DNA from: Vicugna vicugna
Lineage: Eukaryota
Direction of reading: 5' to 3'
DNA length: 64,000 bases
Assembly (NCBI GenBank): GCA_013265495.1
Contig: MU061538.1
Coordinates: 1,366,001 to 1,430,000 of the forward strand
Part shown: piece by piece, positions 1-13,643 of the stretch
Position numbering within the stretch: the stretch's first letter is position 1
How the letters are laid out: every line of letters starts with the position of its first letter
Notes under the pieces: model-generated
What the model saw: only the letters and a program-made list of their open reading frames with translations
Told to the model about the DNA's origin: nothing
The model's database searches: none
Program-made: the position numbers and the translations under genes

Positions 1-2878
1 CGATGCCCCAACTACTGATTTCTCTGTCTTTTCCACGCCTGTCTTTGCTGTACGCCCTTCTCTCCCTGCGCAGCGCAGGGCCCCTCCCTGACACGCCTGC
101 CCCTGTTCTGTCCATGGGGTGAGCTGCTTCTGCCCTCATGTTCTGGTCAGAGTTGTATCACCACATGTGATGTGCTGTGGTAAGTCGTCTGCATGTCCGT
201 CTTCCCAGCTGGGCTGCGAGCTCCCTGAGGGCTGGCCCGCTCATGCCTTTCTCTCTCCAGTGCTTTGGGCCGGGTGTGCGCAGGGCAGGTGCTCATGCCT
301 CCTGGAGTGGATGTTCGGAAAGATGAGAGCTCTTCTCTCTTACCTTTGCTCCACATTCACAAAATCCAGTCTTGGGGAAATCGTGCAGCTAACCCCAGAC
401 TATTACAAGAAAAGTTTAAAACATTAAATTCCTAATATGTGCCCATTCTGTGGGGAAAAAAATCCCAAACCTCCATCCTTGTTCTCCAGGAGTTTGGAGA
501 GCCAAGCCCAGCACGCTGTGCGGGAACAGCCGGTCAGCAGTGACGTCATCTGTCCGTCTCCCTGGAGACGAGATGGCCGTTTTGTTAGGCTAGTCGAAAG
601 ATACAGACAGAATAGGGGTGAAGGCTCCACAGCTTTTAGGGACCCAAGGAGGAGTACGTGCGGGCTGAGAGGGGTCCTGTTCCCCGAGAACCCGTGGAGT
701 GACCTTATTTGGGAGGCAGGGTCTTGGCGGATGTAATCAAGTTAGGGTCTCAGGATGCCATTGTCCTGCAGTAACCAGGGGCGGGGGGCACTTCCGCACA
801 AAGGCAAGAGGAGCACCACGTGATGACAGAGGCCGAGGCCAGAGGGGCGCCCTGCCTGCGGGCAGCCGTGGCACACAGAGGGGCGTGGAGCAGATGTGCC
901 CTCCGTCCTTCAGCGGGAACCACGCCTGCCGACACGGGGGTTTCAGATGTCCGTCCTCCAGAGCTGGGAGAGGAGTGTTGTTTCCTGCCGTCAAGTCTGC
1001 GCTCATCCGTTCCAGCAGCCCTTGGACGCTGACACGGCGTGGCCCCCTGCTGACGGGAGAGACGGACGCTGTGCCCCTCCTGGAGGCCCAGGCTCCCTCT
1101 GCGTGCTGTCCAGGGGCCTTGGGGGCGCCTCCTGGACAGCGCGATTCGTCTTTGCTCTTGTTTACCTCTGGCGGGAAGGCGGCAGGGACCGTGCTCCAGG
1201 CCTGCCTGGCTGCGAGCGAGGGAAGGGTGCGTCCTGGCCGCCCCAGAGCTGGTGGGAGTGCTGACTCTGCCTCCTCCAGGGTTTGGTTGACATGGTGCTC
1301 GCCGTGTCTGAGTGGCTGCAGCTCGCGTCCCTGCCTTCCAACTTTGGCTGCATCCTAAGGAGTCTCTGAAGTGGGAGATGAGCAGAGTCCACCTCCCAGT
1401 GACTGTGGTTTCGTGGAGCTGAGGGGGCTCCGTACTGCCTGCCGATGGAGAACGCGCTCCTGGGGCCTCACCGCCCGAGAAGAGACCCAGCTCTTGCTGA
1501 AGCTGCTGAGGCCGCCGGGGGGCCAGGCCCATGCGATCCGTGTGCGGAGGGGTCCTGACGCCGGTGCTCAGTGCCCGAGCTCTTTCTCCTGCACATGCTT
1601 CACTCGCTGCCTGGTCCAGTGCAGTGATGACACGGGGCCTTGGACTCAGCTGTGCTGTCTCTGTGCACCTGGAGGAGCACACACAGACACGTCCCCTCGG
1701 CCCCACGACCTAGACCACGCTGAGGATGCGCCAGTGAGTGCCCGCCTGACGGGCCCAGGATGCTCAGCAGACACGGCGTCTTGTTAGCATCGTCGTCCAG
1801 ATGAAATGAGAGGTTTCTGGATGAGAGCCTCCCCCGTGTCAGGCTTCACGGAGGGAAGCAACTGGGCAGGTCCTTTTTGCAGCTTCTGGAGCCAGTGGAT
1901 CCTGATTGTTCATTACAGTTTTTGAGGTTGTTCATTCTTCTGTTGACTAAGGAAGACTCGCTGGCTCGTGGTTGCCTGCATAACTCTCTTTCCCTTTCTC
2001 TGCACCGTTTTGCCCAATCTTAACAAATCAAGATCTCGGAATAGGGCCGCCGGGTGTGGGGGGTAGTTGTGAAGAAATTCAAGCTCAGTTTTAGAACGTG
2101 AAGCACCACTGGAAATCCGTGCTGGTTGGGAAGATGCTGTAGGTTCTGGGGAGGAGTGAAGACCAGAGGGATGAGAACCGTGGGAGTGGCTGTGGCTGTA
2201 TCCTCGGGGGCCCCACTGCTGCCTGTGGACCACGTGGACCATGAGTGGCTTCTACCTGGGGCAGGGGGGGGCGTTGGTGTGGGATGGGGAGGGCTCCTGA
2301 GAGGAGCCAGCGATAGGATCTGGCTTTAAAGGGACTTGGAGCATAATGAGTGAGCTGGGACATAATTACAATCATAATACAAGTTAAAACGTGGCAAGTT
2401 TCATGGAAGAGATAAAAATAAAGTACAGGGGCAGCTTTATGGGGAGACCATCCCTTCCACGGGGGGCTCAGAAAGTCTCTGTCACGAGATGCTGAGCTGC
2501 AGCTTTATTGCTTACTTCCAGAAGCCAATAAATTTTATAATCTTAGTTTTCTAGATGTTTTCAAAGCACGGAGCCCGTTCAGCTCCCTGAGAGTTTAACT
2601 TAAAAAGCAGTTAGCAAATTAAGATGTGAAAAGTCCTCGCTGGGGACGCAGCCTCCTGTGGCGCTGCTTTCTTCGTCTCGCTCTGGCAGCGGTGGAGCTG
2701 GGGCAAGGTTAGCTTTCGGTTTCTTCACATGGAAACTGGAAAAAAAAAAAAAGACCAAAAAAATGTGTGCATCGTGCTGCTGTAATAAACCCCCTCCCTT
2801 TTTAAGTGCTTGGCGTTTGTAACCCCTGCTTATTGCTGCTACAGAGGAAAATACTTAGATGATTGCTGAAAATGTGTG

Positions 2879-2965
2879 AGAGGGGAAAGGGAGGAGGGAA
2901 GGAAGGAAGAAAAGCAAAGAAGAAAGAAAGAGATCGAAAGAAAAGGAAAGAAAACAAAAAGAGCA
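2879..2965 (+). repeat. Purine-rich (GA/GAAA) low-complexity tract
   Basis: agaggggaaagggaggagggaaggaaggaagaaaagcaaagaagaaagaaagag... Confidence 0.8.
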
Positions 2966-5900
2966 GGCAAGCTACCAGAGCCATCTTAGAAATGAGATCA
3001 CCTTTTCATGTGTGCAATTTAATGGTTTCTTTCGTTTGAAGCGCTGTAAAAAGCCAGTAATTATTGTTATTCCTAATATCCTAATGCCAAACTGTAAACC
3101 AAGGGCCCTGGAGAAATAAATGGGGTGCTGGTACTTAATGATCCCGGGGTGATGGGTCCCTGGTGATAAGATGCATTAGTGCCATTATATAATGTGATCA
3201 GGTAGCCAGGAAATACGCCCGCGACTGCACTTGCGTTTCTGCGTCGGCTTGCTTGGTGTCTTGAGCTCCTCACCCTGGAAAATAAAAGCACTTTGCAGAG
3301 ACGCCTGTGGCTGTGGAGTGTGCGGCCGGGCGAGCACCTCAGGCGTCTGGAAGGCCCTGTCACAGGAGGTGGCATCCGGGTCCCCCTGCAGCCGGGTGGG
3401 GGGGGGCCGCGCCTCTGCCCACAGCCCTGGGAAGGCTGAGTGGGTAATTAACAAATCACACGGCACAGGTGTGCCAGGTGAAGTTTGGTAAATTGCTTTT
3501 GATCTAAATTGAGATGCTTTGGGGATTTAACTTCTTAGACAAAAAGGGCATAAATAAATAATCAGGATTTTGAGGTTGGAACTTGCAAGCCAGCTCTAAA
3601 ATATCTTAATGCCCTTGAGGAGGTGATGCAGGGAGCGTGTTTGAGGCCGGCCCTTCGCTCGCCCATCCTGCCGTGCTGTTTGTTCCCCTGATTCGCCCAG
3701 ACCCGTACTTGGCAGAATGTCCTGTGAGTGTGGAAACCTGGCGCTGGGGGAGGCACGGGAGTTGCTGTCAAAAGTCTCCACTTTCACTTCTTGTCTCCCA
3801 GGGGCAGAGAGGGGAGGAGACTTGGGCTCCTCCAGCCAGGGCATCGGTGTGTGGCCAGGGACCCCCTGACTGTGGAGTGGAGGGCGGGCGCCAGCTGGAG
3901 GGAGGCCCCGGGGCGCACGCCCCGGCACTGGGCACGAGGCCCTAGTTGGCCGGCTCGCACTGCGACCCTGCGCGGACCTGCCAGACAGGGAGGCCGCAGG
4001 GACAAGAGGGCGTGGCCATCCCCGTCATCACTGTCTCACGGGGCCGTCTGACGACGGGATGCCGCGGGCTGCGGCAGACCACTCGCTGACGCTCCCGGGC
4101 CTGTGCGGGGCCTTGGGGCCTGCTCCCTGTGGGTCTGGCTTCTTTGGGGTTTGGGCTGTGGTGCTGCTGGTGAGGTCCCAGAGGCAGAGCCGGTCGCGGG
4201 GTCAGTCGTCCTCCCGGGCCGGCGGTTTACGGCGGCGATGCCCTCCCCTGCCCTCGACCCCACGGTGTGAGGGTCCCGCCCTGTGGCTGTAGGTGCATCG
4301 CTCCTGTCGCCGTGGGTACCGTAGGCGATCTAATCCAGGGTGTTGTGACTCATCCTGGGAAAGTCCTGAGATCCCTAAGTCTCCAGTCGTCTCTTTAGCA
4401 CTAGTTAGGAAACGTGCAGCCTCCCTGAGGCCTTGCTGCGTCCAGCCGCCCAGAGCCCAGCCTGGGCACCTCGGCCTTTATCTCTGCCCAGTCAGCACGC
4501 CTGACCTCCACCCAGTGCTGGCTTTCGGTCAGGGAGGTGGGTGTGGTGGCTGGTACCATGGTCAGCGCCAGGCGGCCTGGCTCAGGCCAAAGGGGAGGAA
4601 GGATGCTCTGGCCAGTGTGCCCACTGGAATCAGAACCAGTCTTCTGACAGGGGACTCAGAGGGGTGACCGAAGGGCGTCGCGGCCTGGCAAGGGCTCTCA
4701 CGTGAGCAGGGCAGGAGGAGAGACCTGGCCCCGCAGCGGGGCTGAGCCCAGAGGCCGGGAAGCGAGGAGAAGCTGCGGTCCCACCTCCTCCCTCTGGACT
4801 CTCCTCTCACATGTCCGCACAGGATGCTCTAACCTTGGAGAAAATCCACGCCTGTGTGGATGAAGCTGCGGGCGGTGCCACTGCAGAGCGGCAGGAGCCG
4901 CAGGACTGGTCAGAGCCCTGGACGGGGCCATTCATGCCTCTGTCGCTGGGACTGGCTCCCTCCGACTCCCAACTCTGCAGAGCCCGTGGGACGCCCCCTC
5001 CTGCCCAGCCTCCTCTCAGCTGGGCTTCGCGTGGGGTCTTGCCTTCTTGGCCTTGTCAGACTTCTCTGAGCTTTGTCAAGAAGTGCCTGTTTCATAGACC
5101 AGCCCTGCAGTGTGCCTGGAAGCCTGATGTTCAAAAGAACTTCCCAGAAACTCCTTTAACGAAGACTTTTTTTCAAAATGAATGATCCTGCTCAGCATTC
5201 CCCTCCTTCCGTGTGATTTGTTTCATGAATGTGTATTGTACCCGTGTTGTGTGTTGTCTGTGTCACACATGTAGGTATTACTATGTATTACACATAGCAT
5301 ATATTTTAAATCAAGGCAGAGAACAGCCATACTTTCATAGCAGTTTCATGATCTGCAAGCAGCAATGAGAGCTAATGCAGTGCGCTCACAGGAAACCGTG
5401 TGCTTTTGAGGCAGGTAAACCTTGGAAGGTTGTCCGAAGGGGCCTCGCTTGCTCATCTACCCACACAAGTACTTCAGGGTCCCACTAAGGGTCAGGTGTG
5501 ACTGAAGGACTGAGGTACGGTTCGTCTTCTTTTAAACTTCAGGGGACTCTGCGCTGACTCCTGAAAGTATTATGTCTGTATGTTCGTATCTCAAAGTATT
5601 TTGTCTTTGGAGCTTTTGTACGGTCCTTGACTGAACGTGTCTGAGATATACTGGGAATCACCCAAGTGAACAATGTCACTTTTCCTGAAACAGCAGTTAA
5701 AAAATGGAGGTCAGTCATGAGCGTGGGGAGCGTCCGCCGTCTGCTGTCCCACACGCTACTGGGGTTGTCTCCTCTTCCCTTTTGTGGCACAGACTGAGCT
5801 CTTTTGTTTGATTATGACCTGGGGTCTGATGGAAAAATGATACATGCCGCTGAGTCCCATCCAGACGGCCTTGGGAGGAGAGGTTCATTTTCATCTTCTG

Positions 5901-6614
5901 TTTCCCAAATGAAGCTTTAAATCTAATTAGATCTTGAAAGAAAATAACTGTGCTAGGGTTTCTGTAAGTAAAGGGCCCCTCATTTAAATAATGCTCTTAT
6001 TTGTTTATGTGTGTGATTTACAGTGATGAAATTCCTTGCTGCTGGCACGCCGCACCCTTCAGGGATCTTTTGCGTGGAGCACTTGGAGCAAGTTATAAAG
6101 CATCCTAGACACAGAAAAATTTAAGTGTTAGCACATTTAACAGCATACCCCAGTGCCCCGTGAGGGCCTTTCACGGAGCGGAGGCTGGATAAATATTTGC
6201 AGAATAAACAAACTCATGCTCATCCATCACCTGCATCAGGACAGGGGAGCTATTTTATTAAGCTTCAGCTTTTTCATGTTTGATTTTGGTGGGGAGGCTC
6301 GAAGGGAGGACCCCTAGATGTTGTCAACATTTCAGTCTCTGAAAAGGAAGGGTCCACACAGAACGGTCCCCGATGCGGGATGTGTCTGCAGTGACGGGCG
6401 TCGGCCTGAAGGGATGGAGGGCGTGGCTGGCGGGTGAGCAGTGACTCAGGCTGCTTGAATCCCCTACTTGTCTGCTCCACGGTCTGTCTGAAGGATTCTT
6501 CTGCTTTTCAGGGAATAAGTTACCTTTCTAAGGGGCTCCAGGTACACCTCTGGCTGAGTTTATGGTCCGTCCAACAGTCTGGAAAGAAAATGTCTGCCTA
6601 GGGGTTTTTCTCCC

Positions 6615-6616
<2 letters not shown>

Positions 6617-6648
<32 letters not shown>
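6617..6648 (+). repeat. (GT)16 microsatellite
   Basis: Perfect GT run read directly. Confidence 0.98.
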
Positions 6649-6652
<4 letters not shown>

Positions 6653-8465
6653 ATAAATTTAAAGATAGATTTCCATGACATTTTCTGTGTGATGAGAAAT
6701 TCAAATGTTAACGCAGGCTCACAGTGAGCAGGACCGCCGTCCACCCAGCTGGTCCCACCGGCTGTGGCTGAGACGCGACGTGGGAGGGCATCGTCCAAAG
6801 TCAAGGCGGCAGCACGGTGACGTCTGCTGAGCAACTGTCACTGCGTTTAAGGAGAGGAACTGTCTCTTGAACGCTTCGAGCTCAGCCTTCTCGTCCCCCC
6901 GAGTGTCTTGGCCTCACCCCTTGTCCACTTCCTTCTCCAAGGGCCGAAACGGAAGCCCCTCTCCCAGCGGCCCCTCTGCTCTGGGGGCATCTGGGAAGAT
7001 CTGAGAGTCAGACTGAAGATCAGAAGCACAACCTAGCCCTGCTCTCCGGTTTTCTCCGCGCTCCCCGCCTTCGGGGGACCGCACGGTAATTAGGACAAAG
7101 CGATACTTGAGATTATGCCTTAAGTAAACTGGGACAGAACTCCTTTAAGCCTCACCAGTTATTTTTATCTCTGAGGCCGAAAGCACTCGTGTCAGTGTTG
7201 GGCTTAACCAGGCTCTCACAGGACGTAGGGAAAGAAAGATGGGCAGACGGTCAGCTCGGAGGCTTCCAGGCCCGTCAGGAGAGGGGGTGCGGTCGTCCCC
7301 TGTGCCCTGGGGACACGGAACGGTGGCCACACTCAAGCAAGGACTCTGGGGAGATCAGATAAGCAGGTTCCTCCTCTGCTGAGAGGCCCCCCTCCATTTG
7401 CTCACCTCCCCCCTTCCAGGGTGAACAGAACTGTTGGGGCCAGTGTGCTGGAAAGAAGGCCCACCTGAGAACCAAGCAGCCGGGCGTGCGTCCCCGGCTC
7501 TGCGGCAGGCCCCGCGTGGGCCTGAGCGAAGCCCTTTGCCGTCCTGGCCCTCGGTCTCCAGAGTCCTCCCGCCGCGAGATCCGGGCCGGGAGGCGTCACC
7601 ACGGCGCTCTCGGGAGAGGGGACGGGTCGTACGCTCCACAGGCTCCCAGGGTCCTGTCTGCAGAACCTGCTGGAGCTGCAGGAGAAGGTGTCCTAGGAGG
7701 GCAGGGCTCCCCAGGGACGGGAGGCAGGTCGACCCACTGGAGGGGCAGCCGGCGACCTGCAGGCCTGAAGGGCGTTTGCTCGCTCAGGAAAAACGAAACA
7801 AAGCAAAACAGGAAAAGGAGGCAAAGATGGAGCCAGAGAATTGAATATGGATATTTTCCCCCTCGTTTCAAGCGTGAACTTTTAATAGAGGTTGGCGCTA
7901 ACCTTTAAATTACTCACGGCTCCATGACCTCGACCGAAGCGGACGGCAGCGGCACTTTGCTCGTCTGTGGAAAGGGGTGATGATGACGGGCTGGGACTGT
8001 CCCCGGTCTCCGACGAGGAAACCCGTGGTCACGTGGTAGGTGGCGCCAGGGTCCAGCAGCTGAATCCCCGGCTCCCGCCTTCCATCTAAGGGACCTAGAG
8101 GTGTTCCTCCCACCCTGTGTAGCCCGGCGGGCGTTGTGGAGCAGCTGTCACGTCCTGTCCGAGTCTGCGCCCTCTGCTCTTGGCTCGGCAGTTCTGGGAA
8201 AGGCGTTTCCAGCCCCTCCCTCCCTGCTTCCCCTTTCCTAGTGAAGTCCAGCCCGTCAGTGCTTCTGGCCCACGTCGCCCCCTGGACAGAGCACTGCGAA
8301 GTAGTCGGGGTGTGTGCGGTTACTAAATGGTTTCTTAAGGGCCTGCGAGCGCAGAGGAGGCACGAGAGAGATGAAACACAGAGCTGACCCATCCGGGGCG
8401 CCTGCAGCCGTGCGGGCAAGGGCAGCTGACTGTGTCAGAGTCACCGTGCCGTCCTGTGGGCGGCT

Positions 8466-8751
8466 GTCTTGGTTCAGCGGCTTTAGCAAAAGTGCGGTGG
8501 GCGGGGCGGCTTCCACAGAAACATGCTTGTCCCGGTTCTCGGGGCAGGGAAGTCCAGGGTCAAGGCCCCAGCGTCCCAGGACGGTCATCTTCTGGCTGTG
8601 TCCGCGTGTGGACTCTTAGAGGCACTCTGATCCCACCTGTCACGAGGGCTCCACCCTCATGACCTAATCAGCTGCCAAAGGCCCCATGTCCTAAAATGCC
8701 AGCATATGAGGTGGGGAGGGGGGCAGATATGGACGAATTCAGCCCACAGCA
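8466..8751 (-). mobile_element. MaLR solo LTR (MLT1A-like)
   Basis: gggaagtccagggtcaaggc and gagggctccaccctcatgacctaatca..ccaaaggcccca match recalled MLT1 consensus; the minus strand starts TGCTGTGGGCTGAATT and ends ..ACA. Confidence 0.8.
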
Positions 8752-10984
8752 GTGGCCTCTTACGGAGAATGAAGGAGGTGTTACAGTGAAATGCAAGCGC
8801 TGGTGGCACTTTGAGTGCAAGGAGGGCAGGCAAGCACCGGACTTCTCTCCTCGGCCTGCACGTTGGCTGTGACGGATGCCGGGAAAGCACTGTGTCCTTG
8901 CTGTCCTGAAATAGTGACGGGTGCCTGTGGTGTCCCGCGTGCGGGTGGGCACAGGTGCCTCCCACGCGGCCCTGCTCTCCAGGCCCACCCAGGGGTGCAG
9001 TGTCGCTGCTGTCCTGTGGTCAGTCGCCTGTCCTCTTTCCTCTGCCCTCCTGTTCCCAACAGCGCTCTGTCTACACGACACCCTCACACGGGGAACACAC
9101 TGGTGAGTCTTGAAGGCGCTGTCCCAGGGGAACTGCAGAGTTACTCAGGTTTGGTGGTGGCAGGGGGAGCGGACCCGGAGCTCCACGCTCACGGGAAGTG
9201 GGGCTTTCTGCAGGGCGCTGCTCTGGGAGGGGATTTTAATCACCCATCTCCCTGTGATGTCAGACTTTTCCACGGTGAAGCATCAAAACCATCTGGGCTC
9301 AGCCTTTGCTTCCAGAAGAGTTCTATGAAGTTCAGGTGTGCCCCTTGGTACGTTACCCCACTAATCCAGTCGTCGCCACAGTAGTTGCTCACTCTGATTG
9401 GCTGCTGCTTAATTAGATCCTGAAAAATGGTGTGAACATCAGTGACCTTTGGACCCAGGCAATGGCTGAGTGTGAGGGGCCTCTGAGGGCCGCGGGGAGC
9501 TGGGGAGAAGGTGTGTCAGATACCGGAGCCCAGCCTTGGTTGGGGATGCAGGTTTATACAGAAGTATGTGTGTGCAAGGGTACATGCACACACACGCTTG
9601 CACAACACTCAACATGCACACACACCCATGTGAACACACTCAACACGTGTGTACACGTGCACACACTCACGAGTGTGCATACAGTGCTTCTGAACTCATG
9701 TGATATGGAAGACTTCCAGCAAGAGGAGACTCACACACAGTTGCATCAGACACGGGGACAGGAGGAGACCGGGCTGTGGGAAAAGTGATGAGCTCAGCTG
9801 CGATCAGGCAGTTTCTGATGCAGTGGGACCACCCGGCGGAGGCGCCCCGAGGCCGCCCTTGAGAGGGGACCCAGCTTACACCCGAGCAGCTCGGTGCGGA
9901 GGCTGTGGACCAGGCCGTGGTGTAGGTGAGAAGGGAGTCCGTAAGGACGGAGTGGGCTACCGCGTCAGCATAAAGATGGGAGGTGTCAGCTGAGCCTGCA
10001 GATGAGTCACTGGAGGTCCTGACCAGAGCCGCCGGGGGGAGGGCAGGCTGAGCGACACACACAGCTGGTCGGACGCCGACTGTCCCTGGAGACCATCTGC
10101 TTATGCCTCCTCAGTATCTGGGGACAGAGGATCCTATGTTAACATTAAATCTTACTTGGAGCCTCTGGGAGAAGAGGTAGGACCTAACCAACCTGGGGGA
10201 GTCGGGGTGAGGCCTGGACGCCCGGCCCTTTGGCCTCCCCACTGCCCCCCGGGCCCTGAGAACGCTGGCCCCACCTCCAGGGGCCCCGGCGCTCCTGCAG
10301 CCTCTGTGCAAACCCCCCCCCCCCCAGCACAGCCAGCCGCGCTCTGCTCTGCTAATGAGCGCCCCTCGCGGGAAGCTGACCTTCCCTCCTGGGAGATGCT
10401 GCTTGTGGGCTAATTTGGTCCAGCTTCACGGGCAAGGTCCCTGACCTTCACCAGCGGGCAGTAGGATTCCAGCAGTTGTCATGGTTTCCGTGCAGGTTAA
10501 TTTCTCGTGGGTGTATCTGAGATGCAGGAGAGACGAAAATACATCCAGCCCGCAGCTGTGCAGGGGACTGGGCGTCAGACACGCTCCCCTTCCATCTGAG
10601 GGGCTAAGGAGTAGCTCACTTTATTTCTCACCTCCCAGTCGCCCTGGACTCCTTGGAAGGTGATGGTGTGCAGTGCAAGAGTCCCCAGGTGTGTAAGACA
10701 GGTGACCCAGAAGCGTGAGGCATCCCTGAGAACCCTTTGGAGACCCCCGTTCCTAAGGAGCCGCCTTGCCCCCCATTGCTTGAGCTCCCGCGTCTCAGTC
10801 TGTGCAGAGGCCATGCTGGTCACTTTCAGACGGGACTCAGAGCTCATCACCCTTCTTCTTAGAAGATCTCAGGGCCTTTCCATGGTGTTTACAGTGAAAC
10901 CCAAGCTCCCAGGCCAGTCTGTGCGGCCCTGAGCTGCCCTCTGCCACCGACCAGCTCCGTGTGTCCATCCCTCTTCCTGGGCCT

Positions 10985-11645
10985 TTCTTTTCTTTATTTT
11001 ATTTTATTTTGTTGTGGCAAGGACACTGGACATGCAGCACCCTCTTAAGTGTCAGTGCATCAGCGCTGACCGTGGCGCCGCGTGGGCAGCAGGTCTGCAG
11101 AGCTCATGCATCGTGATGCCTGCAGCTGCCTCTTCCTCCGTCCCCAGCCCCTGGCAGCCACCACTCCACCCCTGGATTCTGTGAGCCTGGCGATGTTGGA
11201 GACCCCAGGTAAGTGGAATCAGACAGGCTTTGTCTTCCTGTGACTGGCTTACTTCACTGAGCACCATGTCCTCAGGGGCCACCGTGTGCTTGCCTGTTGC
11301 AGGGTTTCCTTCGTTTTAGAGGCTGAACGGTCCTCCGTCGTGCGCGTGTGCCACCCCGTCTCTGTCCTTCAGTTTGTCCGTGGGCACTCAGGCTGTTTCT
11401 GTATCTTGGGGGCTGTGGATACTTTCCCAGTGAGCAGGAACAGCGGGTCACTCTTTAAGGTCCTGATTTCAGTCTCTTGGATAGATGCCCAGGAGTGGGG
11501 CTGCTGGACCCCATGGTGATTCTATGTGTAACTTTCTGCGGCCCCTCCGTACTGTTTTCCATGGTGACTGTGCCATTTGGACGCCCCCCCCACCCCCGGG
11601 CGGGAGGACTGCCTCTTCTCCACGCCCTCACCAGCACCTGTCGTC
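10985..11645 (-). mobile_element. L1 3' fragment (L1MA/L1MB-like), GC-shifted
   Basis: T-rich tail, then gtaagtggaatc...tgtgactggcttacttcactgagcaccatgtcctcagg...cccaggagtggggctgctggac; the minus ORF reads LSEVSQSQEDK, resembling the L1 ORF2 C-terminus. Confidence 0.85.
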
Positions 11646-12094
11646 CTGTCTCCTGTGTTCTGACCCTAACATGTGCCTGCCCTTTGTGCCCTTGGTCAAC
11701 TCTCTTCCCTGTTTCTTTGGGTGTTAATTTCCTTCTTGGAGCCCGTTTCTCATGAAGGACTTTCCTGATACCTCCTCTGTCGTGGTCTCCAGCCCCTCCC
11801 CCTGGCCTGTTTATCCTCTTCCCCTTGTTTATCAGGATCTGGGCAAGTCTGCTTCCCTGAAAATGCTCTTTGTCTTTGGTGCTTATGACACTCTGTCCGG
11901 CAGAGTATCCTCAGCCTGATCCTTAGAGAGGGCTCAGTGAATATTTGTTGGATGATATAGTTCCTCAAAGATTTTGCATTTCTAAGTTGAAATAAGTTAT
12001 GTTATTAGTGTTATTGTTGGTCTCGCCATAGATTCTGAGATCAGGGACTGGTCGACTCTTCACAGGGGTGTCCCATGACTGGTAATTCTTCATT

Positions 12095-12101
<7 letters not shown>

Positions 12102-12165
<64 letters not shown>
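12102..12165 (+). repeat. (AAT)~21 microsatellite
   Basis: Perfect trinucleotide run; it is the source of the poly-Leu ORF 12100..12291. Confidence 0.98.
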
Positions 12166-12979
12166 GTTAAGTTTTTGTTGCCAGAGGTGACGGTATATGG
12201 GACAGTCGTCACAATGAAGTGGACACCTTAAGTAGTCACAACTTGACCAGAAATCTGTCTTTGCGATGGACAGGCTTAAAGCTGTAGGCATCCATTTATA
12301 AGAATGGAATCCGGGGATCAGTGCGTTAAAGAGACTGGCATTCAGCTCTTTGGGATGACACCACTGGGGCTCCTAGATCAGTGGAGCGAGAAAAACAAAT
12401 GTCCACATGGGGTTGGATCACAGAGCCAGGGCGTGAATTTTGATAAAGGGATAACAGAATGCCTTCTTCAGCTGCACCTCTAAGTGCAGGACTGCCTCAG
12501 CCCTCGTTGTAAAGTGAGGGGCACCGAGCATTCTGGAGGGAGCCCAGTGTCTGGATGGACGTCCGCCTGAGTCGTCGTGGGGGGTTCTGCTACGTGGGAG
12601 AGAAACGGTAGGGAGACTGCCTTCAGCTACCAGTAGATCACAGACCTCTCTCTCAGCTCTGGTGGAGTTTAGAGCCAGCTGACTTGCTGTGGTTCGTTGT
12701 GGTTAAGACCTGTTTCTAAACATTTAATTCTTGCCTATATCAAACCACTTAGTTGACACATCCCTTTTGGTCCAAACCTGCTTCGGTTTGGGATAAATTG
12801 AAGCGGATTTTTATTGTGCCACTGCTAGGGATGTAGACTGACAAAGAGACCCTGGCATCATTTGAGTTCCTGTTGTGTGAGTTGGGGAGCAGGGGTTCAC
12901 GGGGATGGGAGCCGTTACGGTCTGTGAACTCAGACAAGGGACCATGGGTATTTAGCTAAATTTAATAAGGAATAAAATG

Positions 12980-13095
12980 AGCATTGGGTTCCAATTCTAG
13001 GTCCAAGTCTGAGGTCTAGGTTTTGTGACCTTTGACCCATCACCTGTGATGTGTCTGATTAATGTCTTTACCTGTAAACTGAGGACATTTAACAG
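12980..13095 (+). mobile_element. MIR fragment
   Basis: tgggttccaattctagg...tgtgaccttt...cctgtaaactgagga resembles the MIR core. Confidence 0.55.
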
Positions 13096-13619
13096 ATAGC
13101 CTCACAGATGTAAGTAGACCAAAAGCCGACAGAGATGTCCTATCTCAGCCACACATCTGACTCTGAGCTTCCTGGAACGCAAGACGAAAATGAAGACGTG
13201 GTGAAAATCAAAATTCTTTTCCTCTGAAAAGAAGAACCATTTTAGTTCTTGGGAAGAAGTAAACCTTTTCTGAGAATTGGATGCAAAAAAAACTTATCTT
13301 GGACTTTTTATATCAGGCCCTGAGGGTTAGCGCATTGTGCCCTCAACCACAAATGCAGCAAGAAATTTCTTAATTATTTATGTCCTGACTCGCTCCGTGA
13401 AGGATTTGGAGTGACAGTTTTCATAAAGCGGTTTCTTGTAGTGATCGCGGTAAAACATACTGCTCTGGAGCTGAGTCTGCAAGACGGCCAGTGACAAGGT
13501 CCAAACACCCCATCTTCCCGGGTCGCCCTTGGTCTCCGGCTGATGGTGCGAGGCTCAGCGGGGAAAACCCCTACCCCGTGGGGCAATCCGTGACTCACAA
13601 AGTGAAATTGTAATGTGCT

Positions 13620-13643
13620 AAAAAAAAAAAAAAAAAAAAAAAA
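13620..13643 (+). repeat. Poly-A run (24 nt)
   Basis: Read directly. Confidence 0.95.

Noticed and set aside
12100..12291. Poly-Leu ORF resembling a signal or transmembrane peptide
   Set aside because: It is a translation of the (AAT)n microsatellite.
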